The translations under genes were made by a program, and so were the position numbers. Under the pieces are notes generated by a model. It did not search any database, was not told the DNA's origin, and saw nothing but the letters and a program-made list of their open reading frames with translations. From Octopus bimaculoides (lineage: Eukaryota), in NCBI RefSeq assembly GCF_001194135.2, contig NC_069004.1, positions 22,111,503-22,175,502 of the forward strand: a stretch of 64,000 nt of DNA, read 5' to 3'. Of the stretch, positions 62,851-64,000 are shown piece after piece. The stretch's first letter is position 1. Each line of letters opens with the position of its first letter.

Positions 62851-64000
62851 GAATTATTATTATTATTATTACCACTATTGTTGTTGTTATTTCTACCTTT
62901 CATTATTATGATGAGGATAATGAGAATCACCATCATAATCAATGTTAACAATATCTTATCCCTATTGCCATGTCCATGCAAGAATAGGTAGGACAGGGTT
63001 TTGTAAAACAAGAACATGGTTTCCTTGCTCGAAACTTGAAGGAACTGTAGAGGTGCCATTAAGACATGCACTGTGTCTTGGGCATTTTAAACCTGATGGA
63101 CTCCATTTTCCACTCTTCTCTATTCATGTTTTAAAATTCTATTTCTTACTCTCATCTGTCAAGTCCAAAATTCTTTAATCAAGTCTATTTCTGCTAAATT
63201 TCTTTATTGTGAGAACATTCCACTTTGTTGCTTTTGTTTAGCCCTGGGTCTGCTCTGATTGAGCAGGCTTGTGATCAGAGATGTTCTAAACGTGTTCCAG
63301 CTGTGATTGCCTCAATTCTATTTTCAGGCACACCGTATTTAAAACTACAGTATCTAATATATGTACTTGAATTTTTTAAGAAAGCAGGATGAGATCTGAG
63401 ATTTGACTGCTATTTCCTGGAGGTCAAGTGACAGCATACAGGCTCTCTTGTATACAAGTTTTGTTATTTAATCCTAAATCAGTTGTGATACTGTAGACAT
63501 GTGATCAAGGACGTTCCAGCCATGACCATGCCATCTTCATATTCAAGCACAGTGATCTTTTTGAAAGATGGTCGTATATGATTTAAGGGAGATTTGGTTC
63601 TTATTTCTAATGGTTCAGGTGAACCCATTAAAGGCTTTCTCAATGACTTGTACTTAGAGTTAGGGGTTGATTGTTGTGACTGGCAAAACAACAAGAGGGG
63701 GTTGCTTCTAATGATTAGTACAGTGTTTCCCAACCTATTTTTCACCAGACACCACAATAACTTTCCAGAAAAATGTACGCTCCTCTGGTGGTTGGTAAAA
63801 AAATAATTTTATTTTTAATATTTTATCACAATTATTTAATAGAAAAGAATCTACCGGAAACTCTTTTATTAAATACTGAGTACAAAAAAAACATTGAGTA
63901 AGAAAAAAAGAGAATCACTTTAATAAGAATTTTGTTCCCAGGCCCCACTGGTGGGGTGTATACCCCACATTGGGAATCACTATACTAGGGTTTCTGGCTA

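Overview
AT-rich, microsatellite- and transposon-dense animal genomic DNA with seven N-gaps. The repeat landscape (tRNA-derived and Nin-domain SINEs, RTE LINEs, Penelope-like elements, mariners, (TA)n/(CA)n arrays) looks cephalopod (Octopus-like); this is an inference. The only well-supported host coding sequence is one 387-bp, phase 0-0, minus-strand exon (29649-30035) of an ELKS/ERC/CAST (Bruchpilot-family) presynaptic active-zone gene. The rest of the window is most simply read as two very long introns of that gene, at least about 30 kb and 34 kb unless small exons were missed. Main findings: (1) a near-consensus recursive-splicing ratchet point (branch point, 20-nt pyrimidine tract, CAG|GTAAGT) at 42193/42192 on the gene strand, followed by a 78-nt stop-containing cryptic exon with its own GTGAGT donor; (2) hammerhead-ribozyme motifs from three different repeat families, including a chimeric tRNA-head + hammerhead-tail SINE that may be mobilised by Penelope-like elements; (3) several long fold-back elements that would form intronic dsRNA. 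All folding, alignment and translation beyond the supplied ORF track was done by eye. Repeat boundaries are approximate unless a TIR or TSD is quoted. Most ORFs in the supplied track are microsatellite artefacts.
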